Part shown: positions 29,901-42,786 of the stretch, one piece after another
How positions within the stretch are numbered: the first letter of the stretch is position 1
Layout: every line of letters begins with the position of its first letter
From: Amoebidium appalachense
Lineage: Eukaryota > Protista > Ichthyosporea
Length of the DNA stretch: 64,000 nucleotides
Direction of reading: 5' to 3'
Assembly: GCA_963693365.1 (NCBI GenBank)
Contig: CAVNZM010000002.1
Location: forward strand, 7,222,454-7,286,453
The notes under the pieces: generated by a model
The model's input: only the letters and a program-made list of their open reading frames with translations
Databases searched by the model: none
What the model was told of the DNA's origin: nothing
Program-made: the position numbers and the translations under genes

Positions 29901-31348
29901 CGGAGGTTGACGAGATGACGGCCGGTGAGTCGGTCGAAGAGGAATGACGGAGTGGAGGCATCGTTCAAATCACCCTTGATGTATTCGGCAGCAGCTTGGG
30001 ATGTTGAAATGAGGAAGGCTTGGCCAGACGGGGTGTAGTAGGCTTCAATGGTTAGGGTGGAAGTGCCATGGTCGGTGGTGGTGTTGATGACGATATGGCC
30101 GGTGTGAGTGGCCAAGACGGGGGTGCCATTGAAGGCAGCAACGGGAGTCGGTGTCGGAAGGGGAGTGAGGTCATGGAAGAACTCACGGGTGGGGCAAACA
30201 GTCATGTTGCACCCGGAATCCCAGGCAGGGTCGGAGGACACGGGGACGGAGCTAGCATTGTATGCCGAGAAAGCAAAGGAGACAGATTTCTCACTGCCTT
30301 GACGGGAACGGTTGTGTCTGGACATACGGCATTTCGGCTCAGGGCAATCGATGATCGTGTGATCAGGCTCGTGGCAGTAGGAGCATTCTTTCACGGACGG
30401 GGTGTTAGAACGAGCCGGGGAATCAGAACGACGGGAACCCGAGAAACGGGAACGACTGGGGGAACGAGACGTGGACCGGAAGGCAGGCCGGTGGGGGGAA
30501 CGGGATCGGGTGTGCTGACGGGAGAGACGAGTTCGGAGGTCCGTGCCAGAGGTACGGTCAAGTCGGGTGCGTAAGTCACGGCGAGGAAGATCACGGGGGG
30601 GAGCACTGGCATTTAATGCCATGCTGGACTTGGAGGCACGGTGGGCACGGTTGTTCCGGAGTTGCATCTTGAGGTCTTGACGTAACTCGATGCCCTTGAC
30701 GTGGTTATGGAGGGACTCGAAGTCGGGGAATAGCTTATCACCGAAGTGATAGTCTTCGATAAGACGATTGAACTCAGGGGTGAGGTCGTCTCTGGTGGTG
30801 AGTTCATTGAAGAACTTCTCAGCTAGACGAGTGAAGTGAATGGACTCATCTTGGAGAGACTGGAGCTGGTTCACGATGGTCTGCAGACGGCTCAGGTAGG
30901 TGGTGAATGATTCACCGGGCTGAAGGGCACAGGCATCCCACTGACGGTGAAGGATGCGGATCTGATCGGGTTTGCCTTGGAGATAGTGTTGACGGAATTT
31001 CCACATGGCCCGTTCAGGGTCCATGCCAATACGGTACTGGGCAACGGTGGTGAGGACGGAAGGGTCGATGTTCTGTATCATATGGAGCAGGAGGCAATTG
31101 CGGGCCTCTTTGAGTTCCGCGGTAGTGCCGTAGCCATAGAAGGGGGGTTCACCGTCAACCGCGACGGTGGTAGGGGGGACGTAGTTGTCAGCAAGGACAA
31201 CATCCACGAGTCGGACACCTTTAGTGCCGGTCATCATGCCGAGAAAAATGATTTCCCATTGAAAATAGGTAGTTTTGCTATCGGGACCAGTCTTCCCTTC
31301 ACCTTTCCACATGGTGATTTTGTTTACGCCAGTTTTGTTTGGATCCAT
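26939..31348 (-). CDS. Copia Gag-Pol polyprotein, 1469 aa, uninterrupted
   Basis: CCHC knuckle CSYCHEPDHTIIDC, protease WDSGC, WHHRLGH..CHGC, integrase DSGSEF..PQLNGYVER, RT KARGVAQGF..LDVSTAFLN..LYGLKQA..YVDD, RNase H YTDADFA..STTEAE..DNQS..ADILTK. Confidence 0.97.
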   Translation of the reverse strand: MDPNKTGVNKITMWKGEGKTGPDSKTTYFQWEIIFLGMMTGTKGVRLVDVVLADNYVPPTTVAVDGEPPFYGYGTTAELKEARNCLLLHMIQNIDPSVLTTVAQYRIGMDPERAMWKFRQHYLQGKPDQIRILHRQWDACALQPGESFTTYLSRLQTIVNQLQSLQDESIHFTRLAEKFFNELTTRDDLTPEFNRLIEDYHFGDKLFPDFESLHNHVKGIELRQDLKMQLRNNRAHRASKSSMALNASAPPRDLPRRDLRTRLDRTSGTDLRTRLSRQHTRSRSPHRPAFRSTSRSPSRSRFSGSRRSDSPARSNTPSVKECSYCHEPDHTIIDCPEPKCRMSRHNRSRQGSEKSVSFAFSAYNASSVPVSSDPAWDSGCNMTVCPTREFFHDLTPLPTPTPVAAFNGTPVLATHTGHIVINTTTDHGTSTLTIEAYYTPSGQAFLISTSQAAAEYIKGDLNDASTPSFLFDRLTGRHLVNLRLHNGLYYFKDYTIQPPTRPVALAATTSVNPSIWHHRLGHRAMTSIKDMVKHDLVIGLPSSVLACDVPDCHGCIMGKTTKAPFRGDRPHSNIPGHEWHWDFFEPTTTSYGGSKVALVTVCRASGLVKIYPMADRTTTLDILTAHTNLVATHAPSKVGVYHFDSGSEFTSKDTRAFCLSQGIKASYAPVDCPQLNGYVERRMRFLQEIVRCLLHQVQDQSLSPKLWAEALQHAAYIINVTPSTTANGRTPFEVFYGVKPDISELKVFGCPAYTHVPASKRNMLAPTVKLGMYIGYDLQSHCHRIFNATTHRVGLFRDVIFDESAYLPSDIPSTLPTPDTTATSTTPPPTVDTEDDVCLVYSGPPPAIVVPPTPPPPTGPPAPVPVQPADPHPGPGNVTPIRPGSPDNFHSAPSSPEVAPPALPNFQVPPPPSPPTPVPAPRRSARLQGKVGLQATTTLPVPPGPPINIDQLPKLVRQLCSGPNGDQVKSALTAEYQAFVDKDIFELVDPPPGANIVGFKWIVSEKTLNSAGDTKIKARGVAQGFSQQYGVDYELIESPVIRPAALRAILALAVVEGHDIHQLDVSTAFLNSPLTETIYMKQPPGFITMATLGKVWRLKKALYGLKQASKAWYDFLDGILLAHGLTRTKTDPCIYLRFFPNNDVVRAGNYVDDSTITNTRGSTAASDLAAHISKMASCRMSPFDRMLGVDFNHSDPHHLHMHQRSYIMDIIHDFNLTDAKSKSTPIPAGTTVSLADCPPQPFTVPYRELLGRLLWVARCTRPDIAYAIGFLGRFSTNPGKTHWDLLRRVARYLLGTIDLGIDYKYSATQSPILECYTDADFAGCADSKKSTTGYIIVFAGMPVIWYSKLQPITATSTTEAELIALNAGTQEVAWVRDLFKELGCPMLAPTPVYCDNQSTIAIVNSTGIKHRTKHIAVRYHNTKDYIASGDVVVHYVESAHNLADILTKPLPGPSHVHHRARLCLPDIVD

Positions 31349-31397
31349 GATTGAAAAACGAGCGCGAGTTCTAGATGTGTGTAGGGAGCGTACAAAA

Positions 31398-31410
31398 GGG
31401 CTGCATAACC
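31398..31410 (-). promoter_or_regulatory. Copia primer-binding site, initiator-tRNA half-molecule type
   Basis: GGTTATGCAGCCC directly after the 5' LTR, resembling the GGTTATG.GCCC PBS of copia/Ty5. Confidence 0.75.
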
Positions 31411-32336
31411 TGTTAAATGTTATAAGTATTTAGGATGTAAGCAGAGACACAGTGGTGCAGTGTGAAAACACCACAGACACACACAACAACAAAACACGGA
31501 ACGATCGGAGCAGTGTACACAACAGACATCAATGTTTAGACACGACTGAACTGAATTTATTCTGATCTTCGAATAAATACCTGAAATTCCTCTAAGTCCA
31601 ATCCATACATGATTTCCGACCAGTCGGAAATCAGATCCATCTCTAATAGAAACCAATCACTAAGAACCAATTGCTTTCAGAGAGATCCGGTACGCGGAGG
31701 CGTACACGATAGGACACAGACACTAGTTAGGATCAACTCGTGTCATCATCAAGGAAGTTCTAACCTATGACATACTGCAAAGACTCAGACATATCACACT
31801 TAACCTTGATGATTGGTTAAAGCCCGGCAACACATGAAAACTAAAGTGAATTAATGAAGTCTAAACACACATGCTATTCTAAGTGTAGCCTAAGTGTGTT
31901 ACCGTCCAATGAACACGTATTAAGTAACACAAATCTACCTAACATATATTAGTAGAAAAAGAAATACGATTATACACATGAAGACAAGGAGAGAAAGAAA
32001 AGAAAATAAGGAAGGAGAAAGAGGAAGGAAAAGAGAGCACAGATCAACAAACAAGATAGTAATAGCATAACTATAACCAGAGATATTTATGTACACACGA
32101 ACATGTACACGTCTCTCCCTGAGTGGGTGGATCCGTGTACACACATATAAATATTCTAATCGATATTACAATACACGATTAAAGCCGATACAACACGATT
32201 ACAAGTATACAAGCATATCGGAGATCGATGCTACACTTTACATAATAGGAGTGTGGCATTTACACTAAGCATATGAACTGAAACATAACACAAACTGAGA
32301 AGATCTTACCATATGTAAATACTACGTATTACAACA
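31411..32336 (-). repeat. Copia 5' LTR (926 bp)
   Basis: Direct repeat of 25582-26507. Confidence 0.97.
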
Positions 32337-35300
32337 ACCCTTTCAAACATACGAACATTAAAATCCCTAATAAACGACGGGCGGGAACGAGAGTGGGGAC
32401 TCTCATTCCTTTCCTGACAATGCATGCATGACAACACATAATCCCTCACCTCCCTACTCATACCCGGCCAAAAATACGAACGATTAACACGAAGCAACGT
32501 CCTATTTACACCTAAATGACCAGCCATGGGATGCTCATGCACCATATGCAAAACCTCAGGCACAAGTGCCGTCGGGACCCAAACTCGGTGTCCGTCTGGC
32601 CCAGAACAATGATAAACTAAATCCTGCTCTACCTGACACATTTTTGCTAACTTAGCTACCTTAATCATCTGCCTTTTATTTGTAAATTTAATCGAATCAC
32701 CCGGCCCCTTTAAATAATTCTTAACCAGACCAATCAACACATCTTCCTCCTGAGCTAAGATCAAAGCCGTAGGTGCTAAGGCAGGGGCCGAGCCATGAGA
32801 CTCGGTCCCGACCTCAGACACCGACAAATACCTCCCCCCTCTCCTACACTTATAAGCAAGCAACCCCGGAACCCAAGAAGACACATCCACAGACACAGCA
32901 TCTATTCCTTTCTGCTCACTCGCCCCCCCCTTCCCCCCCCTCCCCCCCCGTCTCTCACTATCCCCCCCTCCCCCTCCTTCTCTTCTTCAAACAAAATATA
33001 AGCAGCACGAGAGAGAGCATCACAGTCGACCATTGTTTCACCCTTGGCATAAAACAATTTATAGGAGAACTCACCGAGAGCCGCGGCCCACTTCTGCATC
33101 CTCTCGTTGACCAGACGAGTGGTGCCGGCCATGGCTAGGCAGGGCTTGTGGTCGGTGTAGACCTCAAACGTCCTGCCTGCGAGTATATACCTCCATGCCT
33201 GTGAGACTGCCCAAAAGATAGCATGGGACTCTCTCTCCGGATTGCTATATCTACGTTCACTTTTACTAAATGAACGACTAGCATAAGCAATCACTCTATC
33301 CTGCCCCTCCTGCACTTGATATAACACGGCCCCCTCAGCAACCTTACTTGCATCGCACCGAACTTTAAACATCCCCCCCCCGGCCGAAAAATCAGGATGA
33401 ACAAGCATACTCGAAGACTGCAAAGCTAACTTAAGCTTTTCGAAAGCAGAAACAGCATCAACATTCCAATCTATTCTATTCTTCTTCTCCCCCCCGTCTG
33501 ACTAGTTAACGGCAAAGCAAGCATACTATAGTCCTTAATATAACGACGAAGATAATTAGTTAAACCTAAAAATTGCCTTAGTTGAGTTACAGTCTGAGGA
33601 CGGGGCCACTCAACTATGGCCCGGATTTTCTCCGGATCGGGGGCAAGACCATTACTAGACACAATATGACCTAAAAACTTAACCTCCGGCACACCAATCA
33701 CAGTCTTGCTACCGCTAATACGAAGACCAGACTCACCCAAAGCTAAAAATACTTTTTCACAATTATTAACTAACTCCTCAAATGACCTACCTTTAATTAA
33801 AACATCATCCAAATAAGGGTGGCATACATCCAAATGAGGGTGGAGAATTTTATACATTACCCGGCACAACATAGCTGGAGAGGAGAGCAAACCCATCGGC
33901 ACCACCTTGTACTGGAACAGCTGGTCACCCAGTGCAAAGGCAGTCTTCTCCTTGCTGCTCTCCTCCAACCTTATCTGCCAAAAAGCTGCTTTTAAATCAA
34001 GTTTAGCAAAGTGAGTATAGCCGTGCAGCTGTGAAAGCTGCTCGTCTATGTTAGGGAGAGGCCATTGGTCTGCCTTAGTGATCCGATTCAGAGCCCTGTA
34101 ATCGTTCACTAGACGCCAAGACCCGTCGGGCTTCTTAACCAATAGCACCGGACTTCTCCACGGACTCGAACTATGCTCCACATGACCCTTTTTTAACATA
34201 TCACTCACTATTATTAGCGCATCCGACAATTTATACTGCTCCATTCTATAGCTAGGCATCACTACCGGCCTATTATCACCTGTGTCGATCTGCATTTCAA
34301 ACCCTTTAACGAAGCCTACTTCGTTATCATCGGCCAGAAATGCAAACCGAGTCCTATCAAATAACTTAGCTAATAACTGTTTCTGCTCCACCGTCCAATC
34401 CCCCTCCTTCATACCAAACGGCAATACTAACTCCGGGTTACCCCCATCACAAGTGGATGCATCCTTATTCACCGGAGTGCCACTTAACATTTCACCTCCT
34501 GTATTACATCGGTGCTGCTCGGGGTGAGGTTGAGGTACCTCCGGATATAGGCGGTCACCCTTAGCACCCCCCCTCCCCCCGGCACACCAATGCCCCCGGG
34601 CAATTCCTGATGAGTTAGTGCATGTATGTGGGGGGCCAGGTCTGTGGCCACCCTGCCCCCCACGGTGTTGGTTAACCCGTCAGATCCACGGGTTAGACCA
34701 ACACCCTCCCCCCTTGCCTGCACATTCTCACACCCGGGGTGACCCTCCTTCCTCTTGGGGGTCGGGGGAGTGGGACCGGTGCTGTCCCGGTCCCCCCCCC
34801 CATCGTGTCGGGTGACATTTTGGTGGCTACCGTTAAATAAAGTTGTTCCCCCTCCTCCTGAGTCACCCTTCGAGCCGGCATCCTCCTTTTGGGTAATAAG
34901 AGAGACCTCTATACTACCAATCTCATTAGTGAAACTACCGACGGAAACACCTGACCTAATCACTATAGGCTCGATGCCCGGATTCACTAATTCTATTTCT
35001 ATTGTCTTATCCGGCCATACCCTACTAAGGGTCCATTGGGCCACCTCCTGAAATGGGGTTTTCGGAGTAAAAACCCCTAAATCCCCTATCCTAACATGAT
35101 TGCCGGCCCGGACACGTACCGTTTGGCACTGATAAGGCTCGATTACTACTTCAGCTACCGTTCTAGCACCAGACTGATAACCGTCGAGCCCCTCATGGGT
35201 TTTAATTTTAACGCCGGACTGCAATTCTAAAACATTCGTACGTTCAAACAAAGCATTCACATGTCTACGGAAAAATGGGGCTCCCAACAAAACACTTTGA

Positions 35301-35689
35301 GCTAAATCCTTAACCACATAACAAGCAACATGCATAGCCTGGCCACCTATCTCACACGGCAACACACAAACACCTTCCACAGACATACTACTATTATTAG
35401 CACTACCTAAGGCTGTGCTAGAAGCATCTAAAATAGGAATTTCCCCCCCGGCCTGATTAAAACGACGAATAAACGAAGCATGCACACAATTAACCTGAGC
35501 CCCTCCATCGAGCAAAGCAACAGCCTTCAACTTACCATCAGCTAACCATACGTCTATATAATGCCGGCTAAAACCAACTAAATCCTCCTCCAATTCAAGC
35601 AACACATCATCACTCACACCCAATCCCTGCCCACGAAGACTCACACCCTCGATACCTACGTGCAACATACCTACCTGTGGTGCCTGCAC
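32337..35689 (-). pseudogene. Gypsy pol: protease, dUTPase-like remnant, RT, RNase H and integrase HHCC; three frameshifts near G runs
   Basis: ALLDGGAQVN (PR); SSPWRSP..DYRALN..LDLKAAFWQI..MGL..YLDD..FLGH (RT); CDASK..YSNPERE..TDHKP..DALSR (RH); HEHPMAGH..CMHC (IN). ORF pieces 34484-35689, 33471-34490, 32902-33423 and 32337-32896. Confidence 0.9.
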
Positions 35690-36421
35690 GGGTGGGGTGG
35701 GGTGTGTATGTGATGTGGGTGGTGGTGGAGTGTGTGTTTGTGGTGTGTGGGTGGGTGGTGTGTGTGTGTTTGGTGTATGTGTGGGTGTGTGTATGGGTGT
35801 AGGTGTGTCTGCAACCGTCGTATGTTGTTGTGGTGGTGTGTTTCTACGTGTCTGTGCCTTCCCCCCCTTCCCCCTTTACTCGTGTGTGTCCCCCCCCCTC
35901 CCGGAAACAATGGCACAGAAACCCCCCTCCGGTGTGGTTAGAACAAACACCGGGTTGGGACAAGAAACACTGAGACCATCCACTTGTGGCTGGGGAACCT
36001 CCCCCAACCACAAAACATTCACACCATTCATACCTTTGGTAGAGTCACCCCACAAACCTTCATGCCATACCACCTCGACGCTGTCTTGAGGACCCACGAC
36101 GATGCCCCTCGTCGAACTGCTGCTGCTGTCCGCTACGTCCACCACGCCCACGACCGCTGGTGTTTGAGTGTAAACTAAAAGCTGTTGTGTTTCTGGCGTC
36201 TATAGCTAGTGTGTGAACCTGTGGTATCTGTGTGTGCAGGGAGCTATCCTCCGCTGCCAACGCGTAGAACATATCTACGTGAAACTTAGCCATGGTGTTG
36301 TGTGTGCCCTAGTTGAGAGGTTGTGTTTATGTTTGTGTTTTTGAGGTGTAGCAACAGCCCAGAAGGAACTGTCACCGCGTTACCCTAGCGCGAAAAACCG
36401 CACTAAAAGAAAGGTGTAGCT

Positions 36422-37146
36422 TGTCGTATCCTAATGTATGTGTACTAGAGACGCGGCACTCTACTAAGTGTACACACACGAAAAGGAACGAACGTGTACA
36501 GAAAAACGGTAAAGTTTATTAAGACCAGGCTCCGACGGGCAAACTTAGATCCGTACGGATTGAGTCTAAGTTACGACTGAGGCCATCAAGGCCGTGCCCT
36601 ACAAGATCATCATCACCTGGCCCCCTACGATGCCACATTCCATTAACATTCCGATCTACTTTTATCGTGCGCCTGCACGAGCTAAGTCGATCTACTCAAC
36701 TAATATATTTATCCAAGTCTCACCCCTCACCCTCCCCCTAGTGGCACCGCAGAGTCTAAATCTACATTTCATACTATCCTCCCCCCCCTCCCTCCCCCCC
36801 TTTCCTCTACATCTAAATATATAAATACGTTTGGCAACATATACTATCAAACCTTGCCAATCCTTACAAAAGGGCTTCTGCCCGAACAATGACATTCCTA
36901 AGTCCTCCTACGATCTATCCTACACACTAATTAGAATTCTAATGGACGGCTGTCCCGGCTGACGTGGTCCAATGCCCTGCGCCGGCAGAGGCAAGATGCA
37001 CGCAGCTGTACAGCTATCTTGAGGCCCCGGACTTGATCTTGATGATCTGTGGACCCGGGCCACCCCCTCCCCCCCCCCCCCCCCCCCCCCCCCCGATCTC
37101 GATCGTAGACTTAGGCTAATCTGCTGAGACGGATTAGTATATGTCA
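36422..37146 (-). repeat. Gypsy 5' LTR (725 bp)
   Basis: Direct repeat of 23356-24073, TG...CA ends. Confidence 0.95.
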
Positions 37147-37641
37147 CCTTGCTAAAGGGATAGCACGCTCCGGGGGCTTAGATGGGTACCCGACACTCAC
37201 TTGCAGTGTGTCTGTGTGGTGGAGTCGCGTGTTAAAATCACCTAAAATAACAGTGGACATTGGTAACTGTGACAACTCGTGAGTCAATTCGACAACCGAC
37301 ATAGATGGTGGGTAATATACAAAAGTAAAAACATTAGAATGAAACTCTATAGAAACCGAGAATTCCGTTTTTGCTACCGGTTTGCACTTCACTCTCACGT
37401 GTGGTGCGGCAAGTACAATAATGCCTCGGTTTTTCGCGTAACCGGGGTGTGTGGATGTGTCGACCAATGTAGAGTTGAATTTGTGGTGGTTTTTAAACTG
37501 TGTTTCGCAAATCACTGTAAACGTGTGGTTGTTTGTCTGTTGTTGTATGTAGCTGATTTTATCGTCGAGTGTCCCGGGGGGGAGGCCCTTTTGGGGGCCC
37601 AGTGTCCGAGCATTCCAGAAGAAGAAGGATAAATTAGGCAT
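37147..37641 (-). CDS. LINE ORF2 N-terminus, APE endonuclease (interrupted by Gypsy)
   Basis: FFWNARTL, VICET, GIIVL, VYYPP, ILGDFN motifs; ATG overlaps the end of ORF1 by 8 nt. Confidence 0.9.
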
Positions 37642-38818
37642 CGGTTTGGTCCGACACCTGTGGGGTTGGTTCCCACTTGTCGCTTACGGGGTCGTATGCA
37701 CGACCTTCCGCCAGCGCGAACAGTTCGCAGAAGAGCTCGATTTCCATCTCGCATCGGCGTTTGCGCTCGAGCAGTTTCTCACCAGAAAACATTGGTTCCT
37801 TCGTGTCCGTGTCTATCACGCTCGTAGCATCGTTTTCCAACTTTGCGAGGAACTCTTTTGCCTTGCTGATGCGTACACGACAACGTGTGGCGCACGCATT
37901 CTTAGCAGACACTTTACGTTCTTTGTCTGCTTTCTGAATGTTTTCCGGCGCGCATGGGTCGTAGCTTGGGAGGTGGGTGAAGAAGCTTCCACACCCCTTT
38001 GTCGCGTCACGGATGAACGCACGGTTATAGTCGCCCCGTACTGCTACTTCCAGCACATCGTATCCAATGAAGGACAGACAAAGGATGCGAGAGCACCGGA
38101 AGCCGAGAGCCTTGAAGATGGACCACATGGCCCTGTGTGGGCGTCTGCCGTGCTTGACTTTGAAATACACCCTCTCGTATTTGGGTGGGATGTTGATGTT
38201 ACCGTTTGCTTGGGTGTTCCCCTTAGCCGGCGGTTTGGGAGGGGAGTTGCGGCGGTACTCGTTGCCTGCAAGAATGCTGGCATATGTTTCCTTGGCAATT
38301 TGGCGGAGCTCGGGTGTTTTACGAGAGTTCGCATATTCTAGGAACTCTGCCGGGAGCTGTGCTTCCGGTCCTGTGTTGTTTTGTGTTGGGGTGGAAATGT
38401 CTCCGTCGCGAGATGTTTGCTCATGAGTTTTGGGGTTTTGCGATCCACTAATGTTTAGCTGGGCTGTGAGTGAATCAATGGTGAGCTTGAGTTGGGTATT
38501 TTCTGTTTGGAGTTTTTCTATCATGTTCTTGAGTGGTAACAGCTCATTTAGCTGTTTCTTAACGAGGGCAAGTTCTGCCAGTACTGTATCAACCGAAAGT
38601 TTCGGCATGGTTGTTATTGTGTTTCTACGGAGTGGTGTGGTGTTATTCTGAATGGGTAGTGTATTGTAAATAGGTGTTGCGCTTAGTCTAAGGCGATGTT
38701 TTTCTGGTTGTGCATCTGTGGTAGGTGTATCTGCTGGACGTTTTAATGGTCGCACATGTGTGATGGGTGTAGATGGAACTTTGAAAGAGGTTCTGAAACG
38801 ATTATAGGCATGTGCCAT
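37634..38818 (-). CDS. LINE ORF1 protein, 394 aa
   Basis: Intact ORF directly upstream of the APE ORF; heptad coiled coil (LAELALVKKQLNEL..LQTENTQLKL) followed by an alpha/beta region (RILCLSFIGYDVLEVAV..YDP). Confidence 0.85.
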   Translation of the reverse strand: MAHAYNRFRTSFKVPSTPITHVRPLKRPADTPTTDAQPEKHRLRLSATPIYNTLPIQNNTTPLRRNTITTMPKLSVDTVLAELALVKKQLNELLPLKNMIEKLQTENTQLKLTIDSLTAQLNISGSQNPKTHEQTSRDGDISTPTQNNTGPEAQLPAEFLEYANSRKTPELRQIAKETYASILAGNEYRRNSPPKPPAKGNTQANGNINIPPKYERVYFKVKHGRRPHRAMWSIFKALGFRCSRILCLSFIGYDVLEVAVRGDYNRAFIRDATKGCGSFFTHLPSYDPCAPENIQKADKERKVSAKNACATRCRVRISKAKEFLAKLENDATSVIDTDTKEPMFSGEKLLERKRRCEMEIELFCELFALAEGRAYDPVSDKWEPTPQVSDQTDA

Positions 38819-38907
38819 GACATGGATGGGGGTGTTCCCCGGCCCTTAGGGCCACGGATGGCCTGGTTTAGGGGTGGATGCGCGAAGGATACTATTTATT
38901 AGCAAAT

Positions 38908-41561
<2,654 letters not shown>

Positions 41562-41816
41562 TAAATCTAGAATGTCACGGTTGTCGATACAAAACCGTCT
41601 ACTCTTCTGCACAGCTACTGCACATATTAAATTACTTCCTTATATTTTCTCCAAGGACTGCTATAAAAGTCTACCAAAAACTAATAGACATATTCTCTAT
41701 GAGAGGCTTATCGTTCACTGGGCCGGTCGGGGGGCGGGGACTGAGCTCTTGATTGGCTAAATCTACGCGCCAAAAATTTGAAAACACGGTTACTGCATTG
41801 GGGTTTACATTCAATA

Positions 41817-42225
41817 CTAGTAAATACAGGTACCCCCCGCCCCGTTGGGGCGGGGCCTGCATGGGACATATGCACAGAATTTGAAGCGGAAGAGAAGAGA
41901 ACATAGAGTGTATTTGGATGAAAAATTTATAGGCACAAGATATATCATAACATGGCAACACTGGCGTGAGGTGCAAAAACTACAGACCTTCTGTTGCGAC
42001 AGAGTAACGTTTTCCAGTTTCCATTCGCTGATGTGTGCAAAAACATCTGCAGGCTCCAGGGTTCGACATTTGGGTTTCAAGTCGGGTATTTTCCGAAGTC
42101 GAATGTGGCTGGGCCTCCGGTAATGTCCACGCAATAAAAAGTGTGTAAACCCCCCTTTTGTGACGTCATCCATTTTGGCCTCGCGAAAGGTGGGGTATTT
42201 CCAGGATATACGTACTTTGGATAGA
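41817..42225 (-). mobile_element. Candidate short non-autonomous Helitron
   Basis: Minus-strand 3' end: GC hairpin CCCCGCCCC-AAC-GGGGCGGGG about 14 nt before CTAG|T. A putative A|TCTATCC 5' end at 42225 is weakly supported. Confidence 0.4.
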
Positions 42226-42748
42226 TCAGATAAACCTTTGTATACCTATCCGCTAACATGTAAATATATCCTCTGGCGGGCAGCCCCTCGAGCTCAGAAG
42301 CCAAAACACACTTGATACAGGTGCTTTTGAAACTCAGGGATTTTGATTTCACTGAGCACGCATGTCACACTAGCCTACCCGCACCATTATAACCTCAGAC
42401 AGCCAGTCTAACTTTCGTTTAGGTGTTATAATCGCCTGTTCATCTCAGGATAGAGACATTGTGTTGCTGACTAACTTTAACGCCCGCTGAAAATCTTTGC
42501 TTAGTGTCACCACAGTCGCACCTATTCTTGCTAAGTTCTCTCCGTGTCTCTAGCTTCAACGGTAGTCGTTTCTTAGATAAGTCTTTCTCCTGAGGATTTC
42601 TCTTACGGTCACTTCCTCTCTTGGGGCGCCCGCGCACCCCCTTCTAGAGATCTTAAGTCTCTCTCTCTTCTCTCTCTCTCTCTCCCTCCCTCCCTCCCTC
42701 CCTCCCTCCCTCCCTCCCTCTCTGCCTCTCCCCCCCAGTCTCTCTCTT

Positions 42749-42786
<38 letters not shown>

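Larger units (their letters stand above)
25582..32336 (-). mobile_element. Full-length Ty1/Copia LTR retrotransposon (6755 bp) inserted in the Gypsy integrase
   Basis: 926-bp TG...CA LTRs, TSD ACCCT (25577-25581, 32337-32341), single intact polyprotein, PBS and PPT present. Confidence 0.97.
23356..37146 (-). mobile_element. Ty3/Gypsy LTR retrotransposon with chromodomain integrase, inserted in LINE ORF2
   Basis: TG...CA LTRs, 5-bp TSD CCTTG (23351-23355, 37147-37151), PPT GGGGGGGGAGT next to the 3' LTR, domain order PR-RT-RH-IN-chromo. Confidence 0.95.
20496..38833 (-). mobile_element. APE-type non-LTR retrotransposon (LINE), ~4.5 kb once the nested insertion is removed
   Basis: ORF1 plus ORF2 (APE+RT), ~43-nt poly(A) tail (plus-strand T run 20496-20538), candidate TSD GTTCCCCG at 20488-20495 and 38834-38841; 5' end uncertain. 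Confidence 0.85.

Noticed and set aside
27022-31354. Antisense and alternate-frame ORFs up to 295 aa inside Copia
   Set aside because: Shadow frames of a GC-rich coding sequence
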